NCBI GenBank assembly: GCA_963769935.1 | Contig: CAVYNY010000009.1 | Coordinates: 288,001-352,000, forward strand | Origin: an uncultured delta proteobacterium | Lineage (GTDB): Bacteria > Desulfobacterota > Desulfobacteria > Desulfobacterales > JAFDCJ01 | Direction of reading: 5' to 3' | Length of the DNA: 64,000 nucleotides | Notes under the pieces: generated by a model | Database searches by the model: none | The model's input: the letters and a program-made list of their open reading frames with translations, nothing else | What the model was told of the DNA's origin: nothing | Position numbers and translations under genes: made by a program | In this document: piece by piece, positions 1-9,281 of the stretch | How the letters are laid out: every line of letters begins with the position of its first letter | Position numbering within the stretch: the first letter of the stretch is position 1

Positions 1-378
1 CAAGGTTCCGCCTCCGACAAACTGCCAGATATATCTGTCAAAGCTGTCGAACTCCCGCTGAACGGACAGATATGATGCGGCATTCTGAATTGCGGCCTCA
101 ATTTTAAGTTTGTTGCGGATGATGCCGGTATTTGCCAGGAGCGCCTTTATTTTGGAGGTGTTGTAGGCGGCAATTTTAAGCGGGTCAAAACCATCAAAAG
201 CCTCGCGATAGTTTTCACGTTTCTTCAAGATTGTGAGCCAACTCAAGCCGGCCTGGAAACCGTCGAGGATTAAAAATTCAAACAGGCTGCGATCATCGTG
301 CAGCGGTATGCCCCACTCGGTATCGTGGTATTTTATATAGAGCGGATCGGACCCCGCCCAGTCGCATCTGGTTTTCAC
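1..378 (-). CDS. tag: DNA-3-methyladenine glycosylase I (3' part runs off window)
   Basis: Manual translation from GTG at 378 (RBS AGGAGG): MKTRCDWAGSDPLYIKYHDTEWGIPLHDDRSLFEFLILDGFQAGLSWLTILKKRENYREAFDGFDP, typical Tag motifs; not in ORF track. Confidence 0.92.
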   Translation of the reverse strand, partial: MKTRCDWAGSDPLYIKYHDTEWGIPLHDDRSLFEFLILDGFQAGLSWLTILKKRENYREAFDGFDPLKIAAYNTSKIKALLANTGIIRNKLKIEAAIQNAASYLSVQREFDSFDRYIWQFVGGGTL

Positions 379-458
379 AAAATTCCTCCTTTATTCACCT
401 GCTTCTACGATCCGGCATCAATTGCCAATTACCTGCAGATACCAAGTGGGACAAGGCT

Positions 459-846
459 TCAGGTGTCAGCACGTGAAACCTTATATGAAAATTCTTTTGT
501 TCAAAGATGAACGTCGAACATCGAACATCGATGTTCATTCTCAGTTTCTTTTTAGATCAAACTGGCCGCCCCCGCTCCATAAACTCAGAGGCGCTGAGCG
601 GCTTGGCTGACACCTGAAACCTCATATGAAACTTCCTTAAATTCGATGCCATTTTTACGAAGTGTCTCACCGCTGAGAGCGCAGAGAGCGCAGAGATTAA
701 TTTAACTTTTCTTTCTCGGCGTTCTCCCACCGGTGCGTAGGCCCTATGGGCCGGAGGCTGCGGGCTCTGCGGTGAACTATTATGCTTCTTTTTCGATCAG
801 ACCGGCCGTTGTTTTGGCCGGCGGCGGCGCTGACACCTGAAACCAT
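459..846. repeat. Composite intergenic repeat cluster (family A 'TTTCTTTTTCGATCAGACCGGCCG...GCTGACACCTGAAACC' x2, 9-mer palindromic element, nested 31-bp mini-hairpin)
   Basis: Family A copies at ~543-621 and ~785-846 match ~32233-32302 and inverted copies at ~16735-16780 and ~16880-16942; ~620-690 matches inverted ~36165-36231. Confidence 0.8.
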
Positions 847-869
847 TCTTGCTCCTGACCACCGCTCCC

Positions 870-1346
870 CTAGCTAAAGAGGTAAAACCCAAGGGCCTTG
901 TCCACCGCTTCCGTGGGAGCCAGCTCCGTACCGATCTCAGATCGATATATGTTGCGAATAATCACTTTCTTTCTAATGAGCGATCGCTGGGCATCGTCAA
1001 GGTAGAATTCGACCTTGATAACGTCTCCGACTTCACAGCCGTGATTGCCGTTGATATGCAACTTCATGCCGGTCATGGACAAATCCCTGACGGTCATCAG
1101 GCCGCTGGTCGTCTCCCTGCCGTCAACAAGGCGGATAAATGATCCATGCAGATTTGTTTCCTTGCGGTATTTTTTTCGTTTTTCCAAAATTGAGGTATAA
1201 GCATATCCGCATGGGCATTTTACCTTGACCTTGACCATTTTATCTAGATTGGCATATTGCGCGACATTCACCGTCTTTGATTTCTCACACTTCGGACAGA
1301 CAAAAGTGGCCATTTGCTTACTAGTGATATAGACCTTTTCCAACAT
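870..1346 (-). CDS. PilZ domain protein with N-terminal Zn-ribbon
   Basis: CPKC...CPCG followed by RKKYR and DLSMTG PilZ-like motifs (RxxxR, DxSxxG). Confidence 0.8.
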   Translation of the reverse strand: MLEKVYITSKQMATFVCPKCEKSKTVNVAQYANLDKMVKVKVKCPCGYAYTSILEKRKKYRKETNLHGSFIRLVDGRETTSGLMTVRDLSMTGMKLHINGNHGCEVGDVIKVEFYLDDAQRSLIRKKVIIRNIYRSEIGTELAPTEAVDKALGFYLFS

Positions 1347-1595
1347 GGCATATTCCCCGACAGCACACAGGCAAAATGTATTAACGATGTTTTAATTCAC
1401 CATTGTTTTTATCATGAAAAAGGATTTTTTGAAACAGAATTTTAACCGCCGGCCGATCGTCGCGCAAGACCCAGCCGGGGCAATGTTTTCCAGGGTTCCG
1501 AAGAAAACGAAATCTGCGACCCTGAAAAAGGTCTGGCATTAGCCACTTTTCAGGAATATCTTCTTGCAAAACTATGAAAAGCAAGCTTTTACTTG

Positions 1596-1624
1596 TTGAC
1601 TTTTTAAGTGATTTGCGTTAAATT
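1596..1624 (+). promoter_or_regulatory. sigma70 promoter of hup
   Basis: TTGACT-17 bp-TAAATT. Confidence 0.55.
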
Positions 1625-1680
1625 GAATTCAACAAAGCTTATAGAAGCTTTATATTTAAACACTCAAGAAGGAGGCAGTA

Positions 1681-1953
1681 ATGACCAAAGTAGATTTAAT
1701 CGACAAAATGGCAAAAGATGCGAACGTCTCCAAAGTAGCGGCCGGCGCGGTTCTGGACTCATTCATGGCCAATGTCACCAAAGCCCTGAAAAAGAAAGAC
1801 GGCAAGGTAACCCTGGTGGGGTTCGGCACTTTTTTGAAAGCCCGCCAAAAGGCTCGTAAAGGCCGTAATCCCCAAACAGGCGAGCCTCTCAAAATCAAGG
1901 CCCGCAATGTAGTCAAATTCAAAGCCGGCAAAAAACTCAAAGAATCCGTCTAA
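1681..1953 (+). CDS. hup: HU family DNA-binding protein
   Basis: VTLVGFGTF...ARKGRNPQTGEPLKI...VKFKAGKKLKE; RBS GGAGG. Confidence 0.97.
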   Translation: MTKVDLIDKMAKDANVSKVAAGAVLDSFMANVTKALKKKDGKVTLVGFGTFLKARQKARKGRNPQTGEPLKIKARNVVKFKAGKKLKESV

Positions 1954-1962
1954 CCCGATCTG

Positions 1963-2120
1963 AGGGCTCACTCAAAAATAACTTCACATTTTATACGCCA
2001 CGGCATCCCGCCTGGCTGCGTTGCGAAAGCTCTGAATATCCAGATATTCATGCATTTTCGCGCCTTGCCAGCCGGGCGCCGCAACGCCTAAAATTGTGAA
2101 CTAATTTTTTCGTGCACCCT
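1963..2120. mobile_element. MITE-like element with imperfect terminal inverted repeats
   Basis: Left AGGGCTCACTCAAAAATAACTTCACATTTTATACG vs right (rc) AGGGTGCACGAAAAAATTAGTTCACAATTTTAGGCG; no ORF; inverted partial copy at ~16988-17058. Confidence 0.7.
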
Positions 2121-2127
2121 TAGCACC

Positions 2128-2175
2128 AAAAAGGGCAGTTCTTCAGCTTTCAACAGGCTGAAAACTGCCTTTTTT
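2128..2175 (+). terminator. Rho-independent terminator after hup
   Basis: AAAAAGGGCAGTT(C)TTCAGC...GCTGAAAACTGCCTTTTTT hairpin with T tract. Confidence 0.7.
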
Positions 2176-2268
2176 ATTTTTTAAAACCGCACTTGATTTT
2201 CTGTGCTTGACCATTAGATTGTACATATTGAGTGCAAACAAATTATCAGGGCAAAGGAGGCTCATCTG

Positions 2269-2583
2269 ATGAGCGGCGACATTCCGGATCGAGAGAGGGA
2301 AATAGAATCAGAAATCGAAGAAGAGATCACCGAACCCTCCATGTATAAGGTGTTACTGCACAATGATGACTATACGACTAAAATATTTGTAGTGGAAATA
2401 TTGATGGCGGTTTTCAACAAGTCACAGGATGATGCTACCCGGCTTATGTGGCAGGTGCACAAAAACGGCGTGGGAGTCTGCGGAATTTATCCCCTGGAAG
2501 TGGCTGAGACCAAAATCCTCCAGGTGACTGAACTGGCCCGGGAAAATGGATTCCCATTAAAATTATCATTGGAAGAAGAGTGA
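2269..2583 (+). CDS. clpS: ATP-dependent Clp protease adaptor ClpS
   Basis: PSMYKVLLHNDDYTT...VHKNGVGVCGIYPLEVAETK...GFPL. Confidence 0.95.
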   Translation: MSGDIPDREREIESEIEEEITEPSMYKVLLHNDDYTTKIFVVEILMAVFNKSQDDATRLMWQVHKNGVGVCGIYPLEVAETKILQVTELARENGFPLKLSLEEE

Positions 2584-2870
2584 CCATGCTGGAGTTGATG
2601 GATAACGACATACTAACGAAGGTCTCCAGATACAATTTGATTCGCAGCCAGAGGTTGATTTATATTGACGTACATGAAAGCCTGGCCGGGAATCTGGCGG
2701 GAAAATTTGTTGCGGTTCCGAATCTGATCAATATCGTTGCCCGCCAGGTGTTTCAGGGTACCGGAAAAACCGAGACGGAAGCGTTGGAGAATTGCCTGTC
2801 CAAAATAAAGAACCACGGCATCAGCGAATTGTTCCCCACCACCGGTCCGAAAGAACCGGGGACGACCTAG
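2580..2870 (+). CDS. Hypothetical protein
   Basis: 96-aa ORF overlapping the clpS stop (GTGA); protein-like composition. Confidence 0.7.
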   Translation: MTMLELMDNDILTKVSRYNLIRSQRLIYIDVHESLAGNLAGKFVAVPNLINIVARQVFQGTGKTETEALENCLSKIKNHGISELFPTTGPKEPGTT

Positions 2871-2878
2871 CTACTTCA

Positions 2879-3301
2879 CTATTTTGATGATCTTGGGTCG
2901 GTATTCTTTTTTTTTGCCAGCTGATTGCCCCTGATTTTAACGATCAGCAAGGCGGCGCCAAAAAACGAAAACCCTGTAACGGCTGAAAATCCGGAGGAGT
3001 TGAAATTGAAATAGGAAGCCGTCTCCTGCCCGATAAAAGCACCTAAAATCAGCACCAATATGGGAAACATATAAAGCAAAAAGGTTGCCTTTAACAGAGA
3101 TCCGGTTTCAAAGCTCAGAACTATCCGGTCGCCCGCTTTGGCGCCGACGTCATTGATAACCTCCACCTCCATTTCCTCGCTGGCGCCTGAAGAATGACAG
3201 GACTCCCTGGCTGAACAACCCGCGCAGCCACCGCTTTTGACGGTTTTCACCCATGCCGCTCCTGCATCGGTTTTAATGACAACGCCCTGTTCGGTAGCCA
3301 T
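2879..3301 (-). CDS. RseC/MucC family protein (Rnf/Rsx-associated)
   Basis: EQGVVI...GCAGCSARESC...GAKAGDRIVL plus two TM helices; last codons probably shifted by an A-homopolymer (a plausible true end is KKEYRPKIIKIVK*). Confidence 0.85.
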   Translation of the reverse strand: MATEQGVVIKTDAGAAWVKTVKSGGCAGCSARESCHSSGASEEMEVEVINDVGAKAGDRIVLSFETGSLLKATFLLYMFPILVLILGAFIGQETASYFNFNSSGFSAVTGFSFFGAALLIVKIRGNQLAKKKNTDPRSSK

Positions 3302-3404
3302 TTCAGTGGTCCTTTGTGAATGAATATTGAAAATTGAAGATTGAATATTTGTGGTATGCTGTCTGTCTTATGTCGGGCTTGTTCTTTATAGAAGCAAAAG
3401 CAAA

Positions 3405-3555
3405 TAGAATGACGAACGTCGGATGTCGAATTAAAGGATACTATCTATTTTAAAAATGTATGAACCAAGATAAGTGGCGAAGCGACACGCCGCGCTGCGC
3501 GAGCGACTTCCTTTATTCGTCATTCTTCATTCGTCAATTGTCCTTCGTCATTCTA
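3405..3555. repeat. Palindromic GAATGAC-heptamer element (family C)
   Basis: TAGAATGACGAA...TTCGTCATTCTA ends; second copy at 8551-8683; supplies the stop codon of the upstream minus-strand gene. Confidence 0.75.
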
Positions 3556-5632
3556 ATGTTTCGCCGACGGCTTCCTCTTCAGCCTGCTGCGGCGGCGCTG
3601 GATGGGCATAGCATATTAATCCGCATTGCAAGCATCTTGAAGCTTCGGCTCGGGCCATTTCGCTGCTGAAGCCCCTCTCGATTTCACCGCAGGCTGCAAG
3701 CTGCCGTCCGCTGCAAATCGGCATGATCCGGCGCTGACTGGCCGCAACCGCTTCGACGTGGTCGACATCCTGCAATACGGAATGCGGTGTGATGACATGT
3801 TCGGTCAGGGACGGTCCAATTCCGTACATGATCTGCTGCACCGAGGCGGCTGCTCTTCTTCCGGCCCCGATGGCCTTGATGGCGGCACTGTAATCGGCCA
3901 GAACCTCTCCATCTGAAAACAGACCGACTTCGTCCTTGAATGCCGGCGGCTTATAGGGCGGGACGGCCTCCCATTTCAGCGGTTGATCGGAAGGCCGGTC
4001 GGTTTCACCTTCCGTTGATTTTTGCTCGACAAAGATCAGCTCCGGAAAACGCCCCGTCGCCATGATCAGGGTTTGGGCTGCAAGGGTGCCGGTTGCCCGC
4101 GATTTGGTTTCAACATACTCCAGTTGCGCCAGGCGATCTCCAATCCCGCGCAGACGATGAATCGCGGCATTATAAATGACATGCAGCCCTTCTTCAAGGC
4201 CCGCGTCTTTAACATCGGCATCGGTGATCGGGCTATTTTCCAGATCCTCGCGGAACATGAGGGTAACCTCTTGCGCACCTGCCGCCCTGCAAATGCCGGC
4301 CGCCTTCAGCGCCAGCTTGCCGCCGCCGAAAATAACCACATTCGACTGGCCGGCAAATATATCGGTACCGGCCGCCAATTTTAAAAGATCGACCATCAGA
4401 TAGGTACCGGGCACCGGCGATTCAATTTCGCTCGCCGCTCCACGCGCCATTCTGCCGTCCCAGCCGCCGGCTGCCAGAAAAACTGCTTCAAAATCCTGTT
4501 GGAGCAGCTTGTCGACGGTAAAATCCTTTCCCATGACCCGGCCGGTCTCCGCTTTGACTCCCATTTCAAGGATGCCTTCGATATCCCAGTCCAGAATCTC
4601 CCGGGGAAGCCTTTCAGCCGCAATGGCACTGCGCAATAGCCCGCCAAGTTGCGGACCCGCTTCATATACGGTAACTGCATGGCCCAGGCGGGCCGCAAAA
4701 AAGGCCGTGGACAGGCCCTCCACCCCGCCCCCGACCACCGCGATGCGGCGGCCCGAGGCCGGGGCTGCGTACGGCTGAATGCGTTCACCGCTTTCTCTTT
4801 CATAGTCGGCGGCATAGCGCTTGAGATAATTAATCGCCACGGGCTCATCGATGAAATTGCGCCGGCATTCCAGTTCGCAGGGACGGGGACAAATCCTGCC
4901 GATAATCGCCGGAAAAGGATTGCGCTCTTTAATGACCTGAACCGCACGATGATAATTCCCGAGAGAAATTTGCCGGATGTATTCGCGAATGTTGATGCCG
5001 GCCGGACAGCCCCGCTGACAGGGCGTGGTGCATTCCTCGGTCGTATACTCGCGCATGATGCGGCGGGTTACGGAAGACAGATTAATGATGTGTTTGGGGC
5101 AAACCCTTTCACAGGTACCGCAGCCGGTACATTTATCTTCAATCACCACCGGCAGTCCTTCGGGCCCCATGACAATCGCTTTAAAAGGGCAGGCTTTGGC
5201 GCAGGTTCCCAGCCCCAGGCAGCCGATGGTGCAAACTTTCATGCCGCCGCCCAGCAGGGCGACGGCCCGGCAATCATCCAGGCCGTCATAGACATATTTC
5301 GTATCGGCAGCCTGAACCCCGAAATAGCAGCCGGGTCGGGCAATATCCGGCTCTTTGGCCTCGATTTTAACTCCCATAATTTCGGCGATGGCTCCGACCA
5401 CTTCGGCACCGGCCGCGACACACGAATTGGGCGCTGAAATTCCGGACACGATCGCTTCGGCATTGGCGCTGCAACCCGGCAGCCCGCAGCCGCCTCAATT
5501 CGCGCCCGGCAGCGCGCCTTCGACGGCCTCTACCTTGGGATCAACATATACGTAAAAAAGTTTCGATGCCAGAGCGAGAACGGCACTGATGATCAGTCCC
5601 ATGCCTCCCATCAAAATAAGCGCTGTGGTCAT
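3548..5632 (-). CDS. RnfB-like membrane-anchored polyferredoxin fused to GltD/NfnB-like FAD oxidoreductase; probable selenoprotein (TGA at codon 46)
   Basis: ATG at 5632 with GGAG RBS: MTTALILMGGMGLIISAVLALASKLFYVYVDPKVEAVEGALPGAN*GGCGLPGCSANAEAI is in frame with ORF 3548-5449; CTIGCLGLGTCAKACP, CTGCGTCERVCP, PCQRGCP, GRICPRPCELECRR, Rossmann motif, EASRCLQCG. Confidence 0.88.
5465..5494 (-). promoter_or_regulatory. Candidate bacterial SECIS hairpin
   Basis: Directly 3' of the UGA (5497-5495): GGC-G-GCUGC-GGGCU-GCCG-GGUU-GCAGC-GCC stem-loop with a G-initiated apical loop. Confidence 0.6.
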
Positions 5633-5731
5633 TTCATACTCCCGAATCGGATATAATTGGTGTCATGTCCTTTATATAATTTACAAAACATGGGTTGAAT
5701 TGACAATGCTTTCTTCTCCATGATTTCGTAT

Positions 5732-5958
5732 AAATTCCAAATATCAAATCACAAATTACAAATAAATATCAAATCACAAAACTCAAATTCAAAACACTTC
5801 TTAGTTTTCAGCGAATCAAGTCCATTCGACTGACTCTGATAAGCTTCATTCTGCCTGAGTTCAAACCGAAGGAACCACTTGGCTGCGAGTCAAAACCTGT
5901 TTGGGTCATTGGAGCTTGGATATTGTTTGTTATTTGTTTTTTGGTGCTTGGAATTTTT
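5732..5958. repeat. Palindromic heptamer-like element (family D)
   Basis: AATTCCAAATATCAAATCACAAATTACAAA... left arm, ...TTGGTGCTTGGAATTT right arm; related copy at ~14211-14420. Confidence 0.65.
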
Positions 5959-6037
5959 TATACTCAAAGAATCAACTATAGTATAGCTATCCAGTTTCAC
6001 TTTTTTAACATATTTGTGGGAGGCAACACTCTCTTTG

Positions 6038-6110
6038 TCCACCATCCAGCATCCACCATCCAGCATCCACCATCCAGCATCCAGTATCCAGTATCCAGTA
6101 TCCAGCATCC
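6038..6110. repeat. Heptamer tandem repeat (ATCCAGY/ATCCACC), about 10 units
   Basis: ccaccatccagcatccaccatccagcat...ccagtatccagtatccagtatccagcat. Confidence 0.9.
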
Positions 6111-6112
6111 CG

Positions 6113-7900
6113 TCAGAAAATCGCATCAAACTTGCACTTCTCAAAACAGGTCATGCATTGGATGCATTTTTCTTTATCGATCCAGGCAACCTCTTTCTTT
6201 TTCCAGACAATGGCATCGGCCGGGCAGCTCCGGAAACAAAGCCCGCATTTGGTGCACATGTCCGGATTGACTTCAAATTTCAAGAGCGCCGTGCAGCGCT
6301 TGGCCGGACATCGTTTTTCATAGATATGGGCCTCATATTCGTGCCGGAAGTAGCGCAGGGTGGAAAGCACCGGGTTGGGTCCGGTCTGGCCCAGGCCGCA
6401 CAAGGCGGTTTCCTTGATGGCGGCCGAGAGCTCCTCCATGGTTGTCAGATCATCCGGTTCCCCCCGGCCTTCGCAGATTTTTTCCAGCAGCTGCAAAAGC
6501 CGTCGGGTGCCCTCACGGCAGGGAGTACACTTGCCGCAGGACTCATCCTGCACAAAGTCCATGAAAAATCGGGCCATGTCCACCATGCAGGTGTTCTCAT
6601 CCATAACAATGGCCCCGCCGGAGCCCATGATGGCCCCCACTTTGGCAATGGCTTCGTAATCAACCGGTGTATCCAGGTGCTGCTCCGGAACGCAGCCCCC
6701 GGAAGGACCACCGAGCTGGACCGCCTTGAATTTTTTCTTGCCGGGAATACCGCCCCCGATATCATAGACAATGGTTCTGAGGCTTGTTCCCATCGGCACT
6801 TCTACCAGACCGATATTATTAATATCGCCGGACAGAGCGAAGACCTTGGTTCCTTTGCTGCTTTCGGTGCCGACGCTGGCATACCACGCCCCTCCTTTTA
6901 AAATAATCTGGCCGATATTGGCCAGGGTCTCCACATTGTTTAAGACGGTCGGCTTCTCCCACAGTCCCTGATGGGCCGGAAACGGCGGACGGGGCCGCGG
7001 CATCCCGCGCTTGCCCTCGATTGACCGCATCAAAGCCGTTTCTTCGCCGCAAACAAAGGCACCGGCTCCCTGATAGATATTAATATCAAAATCGAAGCCG
7101 GTTCCCAGAATATCTTTGCCCAGCAGTCCGTAGTCCCTGGCCTGTTTGATGGCGATTCCCAGCCGGCGGATAGCCAGGGGATATTCCGTCCGGGCATATA
7201 TGACGCCCTGATGGGCATCAATAGCTCTGGCGGCAATAATCATCCCTTCCAGAACCGCATGCGGATCGGCTTCAAGGACGCTGCGATCCATAAAGGCACC
7301 GGGATCACCTTCATCCGCATTGCACAGCACATATTTGATATCTCCCGGACTCCGGCGGGCAAACTCCCACTTTAATCCGGTTGGGAAGCCGGCACCGCCG
7401 CGCCCTCTGAGCCCCGAAGTTTTTACCTCTTCGATGATCTGCTCGGGAGTCAACTCCTGCAACGCTTTGGCGGCTCCGAAGTAGCCGTCCCTGGCAATGT
7501 ATTCCTCAATCACCTCCGGATCGATGAGTCCTTTGTTCCGCATTACCCTGAACATCTGGTTGGCAAAAAAAGGAATTTGCGCCATATTCGGGATGGTTTC
7601 TTTGGAAGTGGGCTCCTTGTAAAACAACTCTTTAACCGGGCGGCCTTTTAGGAAATGCTCTTCTACCAGATGGGGAACATCTTCCGCTTTCAGCTTCTGA
7701 TAAAAAATGCCTTCGGGCTGAACCAGCATGACCGGCCCGACGGCACAAAAGCCGTTGCAGCCGGTTTCAATGATCTTGATCTCCTCGGCCAGCCCTTGCC
7801 GCTCGAGCTCCTGTTGAAGTGTTTCCGCAAATTTTTTTGTCCCACTGGCATGACAACCCGTACCGCCGCAGAGCATCAAATGGGTTCTAACCTTATTCAT
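6113..7900 (-). CDS. NuoF/HndC-like NAD(P)H-binding flavoprotein subunit
   Basis: N-terminal Trx-like 2Fe-2S domain, SGLRGRGGAGFPTG, NADEGDPG, GAFVCGEETAL, ESCGKCTPCREG, C-terminal 2x[4Fe-4S]; RBS AGGAGA before ATG 7900. Confidence 0.95.
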   Translation of the reverse strand: MNKVRTHLMLCGGTGCHASGTKKFAETLQQELERQGLAEEIKIIETGCNGFCAVGPVMLVQPEGIFYQKLKAEDVPHLVEEHFLKGRPVKELFYKEPTSKETIPNMAQIPFFANQMFRVMRNKGLIDPEVIEEYIARDGYFGAAKALQELTPEQIIEEVKTSGLRGRGGAGFPTGLKWEFARRSPGDIKYVLCNADEGDPGAFMDRSVLEADPHAVLEGMIIAARAIDAHQGVIYARTEYPLAIRRLGIAIKQARDYGLLGKDILGTGFDFDINIYQGAGAFVCGEETALMRSIEGKRGMPRPRPPFPAHQGLWEKPTVLNNVETLANIGQIILKGGAWYASVGTESSKGTKVFALSGDINNIGLVEVPMGTSLRTIVYDIGGGIPGKKKFKAVQLGGPSGGCVPEQHLDTPVDYEAIAKVGAIMGSGGAIVMDENTCMVDMARFFMDFVQDESCGKCTPCREGTRRLLQLLEKICEGRGEPDDLTTMEELSAAIKETALCGLGQTGPNPVLSTLRYFRHEYEAHIYEKRCPAKRCTALLKFEVNPDMCTKCGLCFRSCPADAIVWKKKEVAWIDKEKCIQCMTCFEKCKFDAIF

Positions 7901-7958
7901 TCTTTTCTCCTGCAATTCAATTACCAGGAACCATCACGTCCTCTGAGACCGTTTACTT

Positions 7959-8453
7959 CTATTTGTACTTTTCAAGGGTCTCTACAACCTTGTCGGCCTT
8001 AACACCGCCATAGGTGTCCTGATCCACCACCATCACAGGCGCAAGGCCGCAAGCTCCCAGACACCTGACCGCTTCCAGCGAAAACCGCCGATCCTCGGAG
8101 ACGCCGCCCCCTTTCAGGTCGAACTTGTTTTCGATACGGCCGATAACCTCCTTGATGCCCTTGACGTAACACGCCGTTCCCATGCACACCTTAATTATAT
8201 GGCGGCCTTTGGGCTCAAATGAGAAAAGGGCGTAAAACGAGGCGACACCGTAAACTTCGCTGCTGGAAAGATTGAGTCCGTAGCTGATATAATCAATCAG
8301 CTCGACAGGCAGATATCCAACGACATCCTGACATTCCCGCAAAACGCCGATGACCGATCCGGGGATATCCCGGTTAGCGGCGATAATCTCATCGATTTTA
8401 GTCCACATATCATTTTGGATATCAGGATGCTGGGGATGAATGTCATAAGTCAT
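7959..8453 (-). CDS. NuoE/HndA-like 2Fe-2S subunit
   Basis: VASFY...VCMGTACYVKG...VRCLGACGLAPV. Confidence 0.95.
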   Translation of the reverse strand: MTYDIHPQHPDIQNDMWTKIDEIIAANRDIPGSVIGVLRECQDVVGYLPVELIDYISYGLNLSSSEVYGVASFYALFSFEPKGRHIIKVCMGTACYVKGIKEVIGRIENKFDLKGGGVSEDRRFSLEAVRCLGACGLAPVMVVDQDTYGGVKADKVVETLEKYK

Positions 8454-8512
8454 GCATAACCTCCGGTTGATGAGTGATGACCTGGTCGGGGGATAAAAAA
8501 ATTAAACGTCGC

Positions 8513-8541
8513 AATATCACATAAGCGCATATAAATGTCAA
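8513..8541 (-). promoter_or_regulatory. sigma70 promoter of nuoE-like operon
   Basis: TTGACA-17 bp-GATATT on minus strand. Confidence 0.55.
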
Positions 8542-8550
8542 CGGACCCTC

Positions 8551-8683
8551 TGGAATGACGAACGACGATTGACGAATGCAGAACGGTGGAAATCGCTTCG
8601 CTCAGTCATCTAAATTTATGGAGCACTTTAAAATGGTCAGAATGCCTTAATTCGTCATTTTACATTTGTCATTCGTCATTCCA
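8551..8683. repeat. Palindromic GAATGAC-heptamer element (family C)
   Basis: TGGAATGACGAA...TTCGTCATTCCA. Confidence 0.75.
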
Positions 8684-8705
8684 AAGGTTCGTCATCCGTA
8701 CTTCC

Positions 8706-9281
8706 TCAGTCTCCTTCAAATTCGATTATTGAAAAGACTTTTCGGTTGCCGAGTTTCTCTCTGCCTTTAAGATCGGGCAGTTCAACGACAAATGCGCATT
8801 CAACAATTTCGCCGCCAAGTTTTTCGACCAAATTTGCAGCTGCCGTGATGGTGCCCCCGGTTGCCATCAAATCATCCACGATAACCACGCGTTCGCCCTT
8901 TTCGATGGCATCCTCATGAATCTCGATCGTTTCTTCCCCGTATTCCAAGGTATAGGATTCGCGGATGGTCTTATAGGGCAGTTTGCCGTTCTTGCGGACC
9001 GGCACGAATCCTACGTCCAGCTTGTATGCCAACACGGACCCGAATAGAAATCCCCGGGCATCGATGCCCACGATTTTAGCAATATTCTGTTTGGCATAGC
9101 GGTTGTAAAAAATGTCACATATTTCCCTGTGCGCCAGGGGATCCTGCAATAAAGTTGTAATATCTCTGAAGATGACACCTTTGATAGGCCAATCCGGGAT
9201 GGACCTGACTTTGCTTTTAATGTAGTCACAGGCCTTCTGATAATCATAGTTCACAGCCGAGGAGGAAGTCGGGGATTTCAT
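8706..9281 (-). CDS. apt: Adenine phosphoribosyltransferase
   Basis: PDWPIKGVIFRDITTLL, GIDARGF, YTLEYG, VVIVDDLMATGGT. Confidence 0.95.
   Translation of the reverse strand: MKSPTSSSAVNYDYQKACDYIKSKVRSIPDWPIKGVIFRDITTLLQDPLAHREICDIFYNRYAKQNIAKIVGIDARGFLFGSVLAYKLDVGFVPVRKNGKLPYKTIRESYTLEYGEETIEIHEDAIEKGERVVIVDDLMATGGTITAAANLVEKLGGEIVECAFVVELPDLKGREKLGNRKVFSIIEFEGD

Noticed and set aside
5890..6270. ORFs with [10 protein letters not shown] / IQHPPSS repeats
   Set aside because: Products of the heptamer tandem repeat
6014..6901. Long antisense ORFs (also 4649-5437, 26552-27433, 27810-28556, 32391-33095)
   Set aside because: Shadow frames opposite well-supported genes in GC-rich DNA
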